Source: an uncultured delta proteobacterium | Lineage (GTDB): Bacteria > Desulfobacterota > Binatia > UBA9968 | Length of the DNA: 64,000 nucleotides | Assembly: GCA_963816145.1 (NCBI GenBank) | Contig: CAWFJP010000016.1 | Coordinates: 50,780 to 114,779 of the forward strand | Direction of reading: 5' to 3' | Part shown: piece by piece, positions 20,053-29,798 of the stretch | Layout of the letters: each line of letters begins with the position of its first letter | Position numbering within the stretch: the first letter of the stretch is position 1 | The notes under the pieces: generated by a model | Database searches by the model: none | The model's input: the letters and a program-made list of their open reading frames with translations, nothing else | What the model was told of the DNA's origin: nothing | Program-made: the position numbers and the translations under genes

Positions 20053-20091
20053 AAGCCCGATCGGTTTCAAACCGGTTGGGCTTTTGTGTTT
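20053..20091 (+). terminator. Intrinsic terminator
   Basis: AAGCCCGATCGGTTT-C-AAACCGGTTGGGCTT hairpin with GU pairs, followed by TTGTGTTT. Confidence 0.7.
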
Positions 20092-20689
20092 CTACGGGCT
20101 GGTTTCACAGTAAGGCGCGACATACATAAGGGAGGTTGGCTGCCCGATTTCAAAAAAAGTGTTTCATCGATCCTTGCGTGGTTCCTGCTACGATAATGTG
20201 ATGGATAAACAGCGCATGATTTCTTTCCGTTCCTGATTTGTTACCTCCGGCAAAGCTCCACCAGTTCCTCTTCTGACTCATGGCTTTTCGGGACCAGTGG
20301 GTCGAGGATATTTTCTGTTCGAATTGCTCCTTTTCTTGCAGAACTTTTCAAGTTTCCCCAGCGCATCGAGATGAACCCGCGGCGGGCTACTACGAGTAAG
20401 GTCTCCACGCTTCTAGGCCACGCGTTCTTCGTGCGCAGGCCGCTCGCACTCGGCTTCGAGCGAGTTTCGTCGTGTCCGTTTCTCGCTTCGCGATGCAACG
20501 CCGACTTCAACACATCGAAGGGGGATTTATTCCAGACGACTCCTAGTGGACCAGTGTGGCCATGGGGTAGCTCGCATTTCATCAGCTTCGTAACACGGGA
20601 TAAGTGAGAGTAAAATGGACGTGGACAGGTGGCGGAACCTGCCGGCAGGAAGAAATGGCCAACCCGAGTCGGTGGAACCGGGATATGCG

Positions 20690-20960
20690 CACCTAGATGG
20701 CGAAAGAAGCGTTGAGACAGATGGGCCAAATTGCCAGACGGCAGCAATTTTCCGCGGAGTTGATTTATCGGTGGCGAGACAAATTCTTTGGACTACCGAG
20801 TCCGCGGGCGACAAGCCGCCTCGGCCAAGCACAAAGAGGTTTTGCGCGACGTAGCGTTAACGCGAGTGGAAGCGGGACATATTCGAGAGCGAGCCTAAGC
20901 TAGGGCGTGAGGAGACATATTGGCCGCGGCAGCGGGAGCTAGTCGGATGAGCTGCTATCG
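20690..20960 (+). pseudogene. Degenerate transposase HTH remnant (IS3-like OrfA)
   Basis: QIARRQQFSAELIYRWRDKF resembles a transposase HTH; broken frames. Confidence 0.4.
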
Positions 20961-21383
20961 GGTGCTCAAGAGCGAATGATTGAACCAGTCCCAAGCACCT
21001 TGGCCATGATCTACGCCACGTCGCCGAACAATGCCGCCAGCAGGTCAAGGCGCCTGACAAGCTCAGCGCAGTCTTAGAAGGCGGTTTTTCGACCACACAA
21101 CCCAAGACAGTGAGATGTACCGTCGGTTTGAAACTTTTTGAATTACGACCAATATCTCAAAAGATAAATAATAAATCGCCTAACCACGACTGAAAGGTCT
21201 TGCCGATCGGACAGTACTGTCAATGAGATCCGTCCAGTGAATTTGCACAAGCTAATCAAACATTTCCATATCGTTGTGCATTTCAAGCTGACAGCTGTGT
21301 CCGATTGGCTCTTGCCGCACTGCTGATTAACCAGCGCAAGGCATTTTTTTCACTGAGTTTTCAATCATATGCAATTGCCGGTC

Positions 21384-21399
21384 TGGCATCATCGTTGCT
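21384..21399 (+). promoter_or_regulatory. Candidate sigma54 (-24/-12) promoter
   Basis: TGGCATCATCGTTGCT with exact GG-N10-GC spacing, ~40 nt before the antiterminator ATG. Confidence 0.6.
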
Positions 21400-21441
21400 C
21401 TAGTTGCTCTAGTAGAAAGCGCGTCTCGAGTCCCCATCACG

Positions 21442-21942
21442 ATGCAAGCCTGGTACGTCATTTATTCAAAGCCACAGAGGGAAGATCTCGCTCAGGTTAA
21501 CTTGAAACTGCGAGGAGTCGAGGCTTTTTTCCCACGGCTTTTGTTACCGAAATTTTCGCGCAAGCAGAAGCCAGTGGTTCCGCTTTTCCCCAATTATCTC
21601 TTTGTTCGAATTGATTTTGAGAGGGCCTATGACTTTGTGCGTTGGACCCCGGGAGTGAAGTGCTTTGTCAGCTTTAATGACAATCCGATTCCGTTGCAAG
21701 ACGGCGTAGCCGAATATCTTTTAAGCCGGGCGGATCAGAATGGGATTATTAGCGCACGCGCCGACTTAAAAAACGGCCAAGAGGTATGCATTTGTGGCGG
21801 GCCATTTGAGGGTCTGCTTGGAACCATCGAACGGTGTGCTGACGCCAAAGGGCGGGTAAAGGTTCTGATGCAATTATTGAGTCGCAATGTGAGCGTCGAG
21901 GTGCCTTTGCAATTTATTGATACCGGTTGGGTTATGAACTAA
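21442..21942 (+). CDS. NusG-paralog transcription antiterminator (RfaH/UpxY-like)
   Basis: WYVIYSKP..E and PLFPNYLFV NGN motifs; KOW motif GGPFEGLLG; first gene of a long polysaccharide operon. Confidence 0.92.
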   Translation: MQAWYVIYSKPQREDLAQVNLKLRGVEAFFPRLLLPKFSRKQKPVVPLFPNYLFVRIDFERAYDFVRWTPGVKCFVSFNDNPIPLQDGVAEYLLSRADQNGIISARADLKNGQEVCICGGPFEGLLGTIERCADAKGRVKVLMQLLSRNVSVEVPLQFIDTGWVMN

Positions 21943-22426
21943 CAGAGCGGAAAGCTGATCTCGCGTCAAGCAGTATGCACTACGTATAGCACGCGCGGTT
22001 TAGTTACGTTGGCCGGTCGCCCAGCACGCGTGTAGCTAAGAATGATCGCTTGTTTTCATTATAGTTACTCGGATTAATCGCCTCGCAGTTGCCAACCGAG
22101 TTAGGCTACAAAGTCGGAAAGTGCAATAGGGCAAGTGGCCCGACCCTGCGGAGCTATGCCCGGCGGTGGCCCAACGCAAAATGCCGGTTTGAATTCTTCT
22201 AAAGGTTCTAATCGGGATATCCAAGTAGATGTGGTTGTCAATTGCATTTTTGATTACCGATTGTGGCGCGGTATTGGGCACCCGTACGGCTCAGAGCCGG
22301 AATCCCAATCTTTAGCGAGCAAGAGATAAATCGATAGGTAATTTTCGAAGGTCTATGTCCGGGCTGCTGGAGCTTGCCTTCCGAATACCTGATCCGCAGT
22401 CTTCCTTTGGGAAGTTTTGTATCCAG

Positions 22427-23476
22427 ATGATTCATTTCCTAAAATTCTTTCTCGTCTGCGCACTCGTACTGACCGTGTCCGTAAGCGCGTGTGGGCCGAC
22501 AAGTATTCAAAAACCATCTGAGGTTGTTGACGTTAAGACTGGATACGTTGCAGGAATTTCCGAGATCAATAAAGCGTTGGCGATGGTCGCCATGAATACC
22601 TCGTTGCCGAGTGCGGACTACCAAATTGGGCCGGAAGATCTCCTGCAGATTAACCTCTTTAATATTCCAGAAGGTGAATCGAGAGTGACGCAGAGAACGG
22701 TGTCTGTTAGGGTTAGCCAGCAGGGGATGGTTTCTCTGGCTTTGATTGGAGAAATCAAAGTCACCGGTTTGACCCCGTCAGGTTTGGAGCGAGAGCTTAG
22801 AAATCATTATGATAAATACTTCCACAATCCCCAGGTTGGTGTTCTCGTGTCGGAATTTCGGCAGCGCGTCTCTGTGATTGGTGCCGTTCTTCGGCCCGGG
22901 GTCTTCGAACTTACCGGGCCCAAGACCGCAATCGACATACTCGCCATGGCTGGTGGGGTCACGGACAAGGCGGGAACCCAAGTTCAAGTCTATCGCCAGG
23001 GACCGAACGGACGGGAGAGTCACGTCGTCGATTTGGTTGTCCTCGCCAGCAACGCCTCGTTAATAAATGCAAATAATGCGGGGTTGCTCACCATGCCCGT
23101 ACAGGGAGGCGATGTTATCAACGTTCCATCTGCGGGGATGTTCTTCGTCGATGGCGCGGTACTACGCCCAGGTTCGTATGCTTTAGGACGCCACTACTCG
23201 CTAACCCAAGCGCTGACCCTAGCTGGCGGCGTGAATCCAGACCTCTACTCTTCGGATATCACCATTTTCAGAAGGAAAGCATCCGCGGGAACGGAACCCA
23301 TGACGGTAAATTTAAATACAATCTTGGCGGGGTCGTCCAGCGATCCCAAAATCGAAGAGGATGATGTGATCCTAGTACCCATAAATGGCTTCAAGTATGC
23401 GTTTTTTCGTGTATTCGGACAGTTGCTTGGCTGGGGAACTTCGGTCGCCAGTACGGCAACTACGACCGGAAGCTAA
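22427..23476 (+). CDS. wza: Polysaccharide export lipoprotein (Wza-like, SLBB domains)
   Basis: Lipobox VSAC; YQIGPEDLLQI, VSVIGAV..PG, AMAGG and second SLBB VDGAV..PG motifs. Confidence 0.88.
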   Translation: MIHFLKFFLVCALVLTVSVSACGPTSIQKPSEVVDVKTGYVAGISEINKALAMVAMNTSLPSADYQIGPEDLLQINLFNIPEGESRVTQRTVSVRVSQQGMVSLALIGEIKVTGLTPSGLERELRNHYDKYFHNPQVGVLVSEFRQRVSVIGAVLRPGVFELTGPKTAIDILAMAGGVTDKAGTQVQVYRQGPNGRESHVVDLVVLASNASLINANNAGLLTMPVQGGDVINVPSAGMFFVDGAVLRPGSYALGRHYSLTQALTLAGGVNPDLYSSDITIFRRKASAGTEPMTVNLNTILAGSSSDPKIEEDDVILVPINGFKYAFFRVFGQLLGWGTSVASTATTTGS

Positions 23477-23703
23477 GAGCTCGATAGCAATAATTGGTCT
23501 GGTTTTCATGCTTCGCGTTAGCATTCCTAAAGGTCAGGATTCATGCAGCACAATCGCGCAGCCATGTTATCGTTGGGGCAATAAGCGGCACCAAGTTATT
23601 TTTGGTGGCTCGCTAATTGGCTGCGCCTGAATAGTAAACTGTCCGTGCAAACTACCCGAAGTGCAAGACCGCCTGATCGAGGCAGGTTGCTGCAGTCCCG
23701 AGA

Positions 23704-26700
23704 GTGACTTGGGGCGTTTGGCGATGGCAAGCAATCAAAAATTTTTTCCGGCGCCCACTCAGATTCCCGCGTGAAATCGATCATTCGGGTCATTTCTATT
23801 ACTCTGCTCAGGAAGAACTGCACCTCCGAGATTATTGGAAAATCGTCGTAAAGCGACGGCGTCTGATTTTTATTGTTTTTGTCATATTGTTGGGATTTGG
23901 CGCCTACTTCAATTATACGGCGACACCCATGTATACCGCCAAATCAATTCTTAAGCTTGATCCTCAGAATCCAGTTGTGACCGGTTTAGGCCAGACGATG
24001 CCGTCGGAAGCCGGTTCGGGGGGCGAGTACTTTCAGACGCAGCTTGTAATTCTGAATAGCCGCTCTTTAGCAGCGCGGGTGATTACCGATTTGAGGTTAG
24101 AGAAAAATGCAGTCTTTACCAGCACTCCTCTGGTCGGGTCGAACGGGGTAAAGCGATTACGGGCTTGGCTGCTAACTCCGATAAGATTCCTTCTCTCGAT
24201 CCCTTCTTGGTTCAGACGGGAAAACCCCAAGGCTACCTCAGCTTCAACAGGTTCCCAGCAACAGCCTGGCTTGGGCGTTGACCCAGCTCTCATTGATCGT
24301 TACACGGGTTTTCTTGACGTGCAGCTGGTAAAGGGCACGCGCTTGGTCGAATTAGAGGCGACCACGCCTGACCCACAGCTATCTAAGCAAATGGCCGATG
24401 AGCACGGCGCAGCGTTTATTCGCATGAATCGAGAGACTCGGTTCAACCTAACTAGGGAAGCCATGGTTTTTTTAGACTCAAAAAACGGTGAGCTCAAGGA
24501 TAAACTCGAAAAGTCGGAGCTTGCGCTTAATAACTTTCGTCAGCAATACGGCGTCGTTTCTCTGGATAAAGGCGAGAATGTCTTTGTTGATCGATTGACT
24601 GAGCTGAATCGGCAGTTAACCTTAGCTCGGGCGCAACGCATTGAAACCGAATCGCTCCATAAGATGGTGGAAGATAAGAACGCCCAATACCTCTCGCAAG
24701 TAATCAACAATACTGCCATTGTCCAACTAAAGGCTAGTCTGGCCAATTTGGAAGCTGAGCAGGCTCGAGTCTCGACGACCTTTAAGCCAAACCACCCTCG
24801 CTTTTTGGAATTGACCCAGCAGATTGCCGAAGCGCGCCGGGCATTAAATAACGAGATCGGCAACATCGTACAGGGGATTGGGTCCAACTTTCGCGCGGCC
24901 CGCGCGCGAGAGCAAGCGCTGCAGGCGGAAGTGAACAAACAGCAACAAGTCGCTCTTAATATGAAACAGATCGGAGTCCAATACGCCGTTCTGCAGGAGG
25001 AAGTCAACGTCAATCGTACCCTGTATGAAAGCGTGCTAAAGCGATTAAGCGAAACAGCTGTGTCGAACGACGTCGCAGTCTCCAATATCCAGATAGTGGA
25101 AAAAGGGGAAATGCCCCTTGGTCCTTCCTCGCCACAAAAAGAGTTTAATTTGCTTTTTGCAGGCGCCCTGGGGATTTTCCTCGGAGTCGGCCTCGCTTTT
25201 TGTTTGGAATATTTTGATTCGCGCGTTAGCACCCCCGAAATGGTGTGGCGTGTTACCGCCAAACCGACCCTCGGAGCGGTGCCTCACACGACCTCTTTGA
25301 GTCATTTTCACGGCGGGCGTCGCCCTCCTAGGGTGTCTTCGAGGCACTTGCCCATGCTTGACTGGCTACGAACCTCGAGTACCCCCAACAAGGGCCTGCT
25401 CCTGTCTGAGCAACCGGCACCCATCATCGCCGATTCGTTCCGTACCATCCGTACGGCGCTCTTTTTCTCTCAGGCAGCAAAGCCGCCCCAAGTGATTCTC
25501 ATAACCAGCGCATCACCGGGGGAAGGCAAGACCGTAACGACCCTGAATCTTGCGATCGCTTTAGCCCAGGGGGGGAAATCGGTATTGGTGATCGATGCCG
25601 ATCTGCGCAGAGGCCGTTGTCACAGGGCGTTCGGCCTGCCAAATCATCGAGGGCTTACCGACGTGTTGACCGGAAACCTTGCCGTAGAAGAAAGTGCTTG
25701 GCCAACCGCGGTGAGCGGACTCTCACTCCTGCCGCGAGGGCCTGTTCCGCCCTATCCACCCGATCTTCTGGGTTCAGAAAAGATGCGGGAAGTATTGGAG
25801 ACGTTGCGTCGTTCTTTTGACCTTATCGTGATCGACTCTCCGCCGGTGACTGCCATGGCTGATGCGGCGGTTCTCTCTGCACTTTGTGATGGTGTGATCC
25901 TGGTGGTTAATGGCCAGAGCACTCCGGCCGGTTTGGCGCGACAAGCGATGGAGCGATTAGCGGTTGTGCAGGCGCGCATTTTAGGAGTCGTGCTTAACGG
26001 CGTCGATATCCGCAATCCGGAATACTCGTATTATAGCAATTACGTAGATTCGGTTGAGGAAGATCAGCCGCAGGGCAATTTCAAACCTCATATGGAAGCT
26101 GCGCCTGAAGAGCAGCCATCCGAGATAATAGAGGCTAGTTACGATGCGTCGGGGGTGGCAGATAAGCCGCAGAACGGCGCAGACAAAACCGTAGAACTCA
26201 AACCTAAAGACCAGGTGAGCAAGGCAAAATTAGCGAGTTACGAAGCATCGGCACTTGCGGATGGGCCGCAGAATGACGGGGTCAAAATCATAGAAGGCGC
26301 CTCTGAAGACCAGGTAACTAAGACAGAACCGGCTGGTCACGAAGCAAAGACGGTGGCGCATAGGCCGCCGAACGGCGGAAGCAAAACGAGTGAATGCGCG
26401 CTAGAAGAGCAATCATCCGGGACGGAACTGGCCAGTTACCATGAGTCGGCGGTAGCGGACAAGCCGCGGATCGGCGCAGCCAAAACCGTCGACCCCACGC
26501 CTAAAGTGCGGCCATCCGAGATCAAACCGGCTAGTTACGCTGTATCGGCTGAGGCTGATAAGCCGCGGAACGGCAGAAACGAAACTGTGGAACCTGTGCC
26601 TGAAGAGCAGCTATCCGAGATAAATCCGGTGCCGCGAGAACCGGGACCAGAATATGTACCGGAAGAATTTATTCAGCATGTAATTTCTACACTTTGCAAA

Positions 26701-26883
26701 GCGGTGGGACCGATGGCTCCGATCATCATGGATGATCATATTCGATCTCTCGGAGAGTCTCGAGGCGCTTTCCCCAAGCATCGCCTAACAGAACTTTGCG
26801 ATAGAGTGTGCCAAGAAATTCTTAGTGAGACATTGAGGGCCGATTTTAGACGAACCATGCAAAGAGAACTCAGAGCAATTTAA
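23704..26883 (+). CDS. wzc: Polysaccharide co-polymerase/tyrosine autokinase (Wzc/GumC) with repeat-containing C-terminal extension
   Basis: Two TMs, coiled-coil periplasmic part, Walker A SPGEGKT, VIDADLR, Walker B IVIDSPP, Tyr cluster YSYYSNY; start uncertain. Confidence 0.92.
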   Translation: MTWGVWRWQAIKNFFRRPLRFPREIDHSGHFYYSAQEELHLRDYWKIVVKRRRLIFIVFVILLGFGAYFNYTATPMYTAKSILKLDPQNPVVTGLGQTMPSEAGSGGEYFQTQLVILNSRSLAARVITDLRLEKNAVFTSTPLVGSNGVKRLRAWLLTPIRFLLSIPSWFRRENPKATSASTGSQQQPGLGVDPALIDRYTGFLDVQLVKGTRLVELEATTPDPQLSKQMADEHGAAFIRMNRETRFNLTREAMVFLDSKNGELKDKLEKSELALNNFRQQYGVVSLDKGENVFVDRLTELNRQLTLARAQRIETESLHKMVEDKNAQYLSQVINNTAIVQLKASLANLEAEQARVSTTFKPNHPRFLELTQQIAEARRALNNEIGNIVQGIGSNFRAARAREQALQAEVNKQQQVALNMKQIGVQYAVLQEEVNVNRTLYESVLKRLSETAVSNDVAVSNIQIVEKGEMPLGPSSPQKEFNLLFAGALGIFLGVGLAFCLEYFDSRVSTPEMVWRVTAKPTLGAVPHTTSLSHFHGGRRPPRVSSRHLPMLDWLRTSSTPNKGLLLSEQPAPIIADSFRTIRTALFFSQAAKPPQVILITSASPGEGKTVTTLNLAIALAQGGKSVLVIDADLRRGRCHRAFGLPNHRGLTDVLTGNLAVEESAWPTAVSGLSLLPRGPVPPYPPDLLGSEKMREVLETLRRSFDLIVIDSPPVTAMADAAVLSALCDGVILVVNGQSTPAGLARQAMERLAVVQARILGVVLNGVDIRNPEYSYYSNYVDSVEEDQPQGNFKPHMEAAPEEQPSEIIEASYDASGVADKPQNGADKTVELKPKDQVSKAKLASYEASALADGPQNDGVKIIEGASEDQVTKTEPAGHEAKTVAHRPPNGGSKTSECALEEQSSGTELASYHESAVADKPRIGAAKTVDPTPKVRPSEIKPASYAVSAEADKPRNGRNETVEPVPEEQLSEINPVPREPGPEYVPEEFIQHVISTLCKAVGPMAPIIMDDHIRSLGESRGAFPKHRLTELCDRVCQEILSETLRADFRRTMQRELRAI
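26095..26628 (+). repeat. 99-bp (33-aa) diverged tandem repeat, ~5.4 units, inside wzc
   Basis: Units begin at 26095, 26194, 26293, 26392, 26491 and 26590; consensus approx. E..PE.Q.S....ASY..S..AD.P.NG..KTV. Confidence 0.88.
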
Positions 26884-27085
26884 TCTAAGCACAGCCAGGG
26901 CGGTCACTTACGGATATCAACTTGAAATGTGTTGCGCTGCACGCGATGTTACACAAGCACCGCTTTTCTCGAATGAATTGCCTGAGCCGTATTGAAAAAC
27001 CTCGGTCTAACCGTCTGGGAAAGTTTCTCAACGAGCTCGATGGCTCTGCGATTTTTGGCATCGGACCGCACTATTAAGAACCGCC

Positions 27086-27884
27086 ATGAAAAATATTCAA
27101 ATTAAAAAACTTTATTATTTACTAATTTTGATTTTTGTTCTGGCGCTTTCCTACTATTTCAAACCGAAGCTTTCTATATTCGCGCAACAATCTTCCACCC
27201 AGCAGGCTCAAGCAGCGCCTACGAGCGGACTCGTCGCGTTCTGGAAATTTGACGAACGTTCAGGCAGCACCGCATCTGATTCCTCAAAAAACAGCAACAC
27301 GTTAGTCTTAAGCAACGGCGCGACTTGGACTGCCGGTAAAATTGGTGGTGCTGTTTACACGAACGGGAAAGATAACCTTCTTCGCGCTAATCCGGCTTCA
27401 TTTGATTTTAATGGAGACATTACCGTCGCAACTTGGATTAAACAGGAGTTGACTGGCGGGAATGATTTACAATCAACCTTAATAGTCTCGGCGGATAGCT
27501 CCGGTGCCAGAAAGTTTTCCGCTTTCCTGGATCGAGCCAACAAAAGATTTTGTATTCAAACAACAAATATTGATTCCTGTACCGAATCGAATACGTACAC
27601 AGTCATCGGCTCGTGGTTCCATTTTGCGCTAACTAAATCGCGTAAGACAGCCAAAGTTTACATTAATGGTTCAGCTCTCAACAGTGATCTCGTCACGGAA
27701 AATGCAATCGGGAATGATATTGGGATAGGCAGATATACAACGGCCGACTCCAGAGGATGCAATTGCTCTTTCGACGAATTCAGCGGTGTATGATCGCGCC
27801 CTTTCTCCCCGGGAAATCGCTGCACTCTATAGCGATGCTGGTGCTCCGTCCGTCTCCGCCGCGACCAAGTTTCCCCCGAACTGA
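27086..27884 (+). CDS. LamG/concanavalin A-like lectin domain protein (frameshift near 27782)
   Basis: GLVAFWKFDE.SG..A.DSS, GKIGGA, WFHFALT; shifted frame gives VYDRALSPREIAALY, the usual LamG end. Confidence 0.8.
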
Positions 27885-27940
27885 TTTCGGCTTTCTTCCA
27901 CCGCCAACTCATACACTTCCTTTTTGATACCATTACAACC

Positions 27941-29794
27941 GTGGCAACTCATATCCTGGGTATTTCCGCCTATTATCACGACTCTGCAGCGGCATTGATC
28001 CGTGACGGCGAGATTATGGCGGCAGCTCAGGAGGAACGCTTCACGCGCCGAAAATTCGACGCTAGATTTCCACGAAACGCCATAACCTATTGCCTTCAAG
28101 AGGCCGGAATTGAAGTAAGTCAACTCGACCACGTGGCATTCTACGAAAAGCCGCTGGTCAAATTCGACCGGCTGATCGAGACTTATTTGGCGTTCGTTCC
28201 CGGAGGTTTTCAATCATTCAAAGAAGCGATGCCGGTTTGGGCAGGAACCAAACTGCACATAGGAGAGAGGATTAAAGCGGGTTTAGGACCAAGCTTTTCC
28301 GGTGAACTTCATTTCGCCGACCACCATGAATCTCACGCCTCCAGCGCGTTTTTCCCTTCACCATTCGAGGAAGCCGCGATCCTGACCCTGGATGCAGTGG
28401 GTGAATGGAGTACCAGTTCAATCGGGATAGGACGCGCCAATAAGATTACGCTGACCCACGAGATGCGCTTTCCTCATTCCTTGGGAATGCTCTACTCGGC
28501 TTTTACCTATTACACGGGATTTCAGGTCAATTCGGGCGAATACAAGCTGATGGGATTGGCGCCCTACGGTCAGCCCAAATATACCGACGTCATCTTGGAT
28601 AAGATCGTCGACGTTATGGATGATGGCTCGATCCACCTGGATATGTCCTATTTTAATTATTGTCAGGGCCTGACGATGACATCGACGAAGTTTCACGACT
28701 TGTTCGGTGGACCGCCGCGCAAATCCGAATCCTTTATCACTCAGAAGGAGATGGATTTGGCGGCGTCGATCCAGCGTGTCTGTGAGGATGTGGTGTTGCA
28801 GGCGACGCGGCACACGCAAAAATTGACCGGAATGCGAAATCTAGTGATGGCGGGGGGGGTGGCACTCAACTGCGTCGCCAATGGCCGGATCCTTCGCGAG
28901 GGACCGTTCGGCAATTTATGGATTCAGCCCGCTGCCGGAGATGCCGGTGGGGCCCTTGGCGCTGCGTTGCTCGTTTGGCACCACCTGCTCGACAAACCAA
29001 GACATCTCGAGGAACACGACCGGCAGAAGGGCTCGCTCCTCGGCCCGTCATTCAGCAATGATGATATCGGTGTTTTCTTGGACTCGTTAGGCGCACCGTA
29101 TGAATGCATTAACGAGGAAGGTCGTTTGATCGATCGCGTTGCCGGCCTTTTGGCACAGCAAAAAATTGTTGGTTGGTTTCATGGACGCATGGAATACGGT
29201 CCTCGTGCCCTCGGTAGTCGAAGCATTATCGGTGACGCCCGTTCGCCGGATATGCAGCAGGTGATGAACTTGAAGATCAAGTTCCGCGAATCGTTCCGGC
29301 CTTTTGCGCCTTGTGTATTGCGAGAGTTTGCGCACGAAGTGTTTGAGATGCAGCCCGACGAAGAAAGCCCTTACATGATGTTCGTGGCGCCCGTGCGAGA
29401 ATCGCTGCGAACCGTGCTGACCCCGGAGGATCGAGCCAAGATGGAAGATCCCGATTTAAGAATCAGGGTTTCCGTGCCGAGGTCGACGATTCCGGCTGTC
29501 ACCCACGTCGATAATTCAGCGCGCATTCAGACGGTTGATCCCCATCGCCATGGACGTTTTTACCGATTGATGCGGCGTTTTTACGAATTGACGGGTTGTC
29601 CAGTCATCGTCAATACCAGTTTTAACATCCGCGGCGAACCGATCGTATGTAATTTTGACGAGGCGTACCGGTGCTTTATGGGATCCCACATCGATTGTCT
29701 GGTTCTGGAAAACTATCTGCTCCTAAAGGATGATCAGCCGCCCGAACTGCTCCAGGACTCAGAGACTTATCAGGCGCAATTCGCCCTAGATTGA
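27941..29794 (+). CDS. Carbamoyltransferase (NodU/CmcH/SxtI family)
   Basis: HDSAAA, EERFTR, HHESHA, GEYKLMGLAPYG, GGVALNC, GPRALG.RS, FRPFAP and NTSFN motifs. Confidence 0.95.
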   Translation: MATHILGISAYYHDSAAALIRDGEIMAAAQEERFTRRKFDARFPRNAITYCLQEAGIEVSQLDHVAFYEKPLVKFDRLIETYLAFVPGGFQSFKEAMPVWAGTKLHIGERIKAGLGPSFSGELHFADHHESHASSAFFPSPFEEAAILTLDAVGEWSTSSIGIGRANKITLTHEMRFPHSLGMLYSAFTYYTGFQVNSGEYKLMGLAPYGQPKYTDVILDKIVDVMDDGSIHLDMSYFNYCQGLTMTSTKFHDLFGGPPRKSESFITQKEMDLAASIQRVCEDVVLQATRHTQKLTGMRNLVMAGGVALNCVANGRILREGPFGNLWIQPAAGDAGGALGAALLVWHHLLDKPRHLEEHDRQKGSLLGPSFSNDDIGVFLDSLGAPYECINEEGRLIDRVAGLLAQQKIVGWFHGRMEYGPRALGSRSIIGDARSPDMQQVMNLKIKFRESFRPFAPCVLREFAHEVFEMQPDEESPYMMFVAPVRESLRTVLTPEDRAKMEDPDLRIRVSVPRSTIPAVTHVDNSARIQTVDPHRHGRFYRLMRRFYELTGCPVIVNTSFNIRGEPIVCNFDEAYRCFMGSHIDCLVLENYLLLKDDQPPELLQDSETYQAQFALD

Positions 29795-29798
29795 CCTT

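Noticed and set aside
26095-26628. Regularly spaced repeats as a CRISPR array
   Set aside because: Units are in-frame, 99 bp, diverged along their whole length and lack unique spacers; no cas genes in the window
27055-27070. Second sigma54 promoter TGGCATCGGACCGCA before the LamG gene
   Set aside because: GG-GC spacing is 9 nt rather than the required 10
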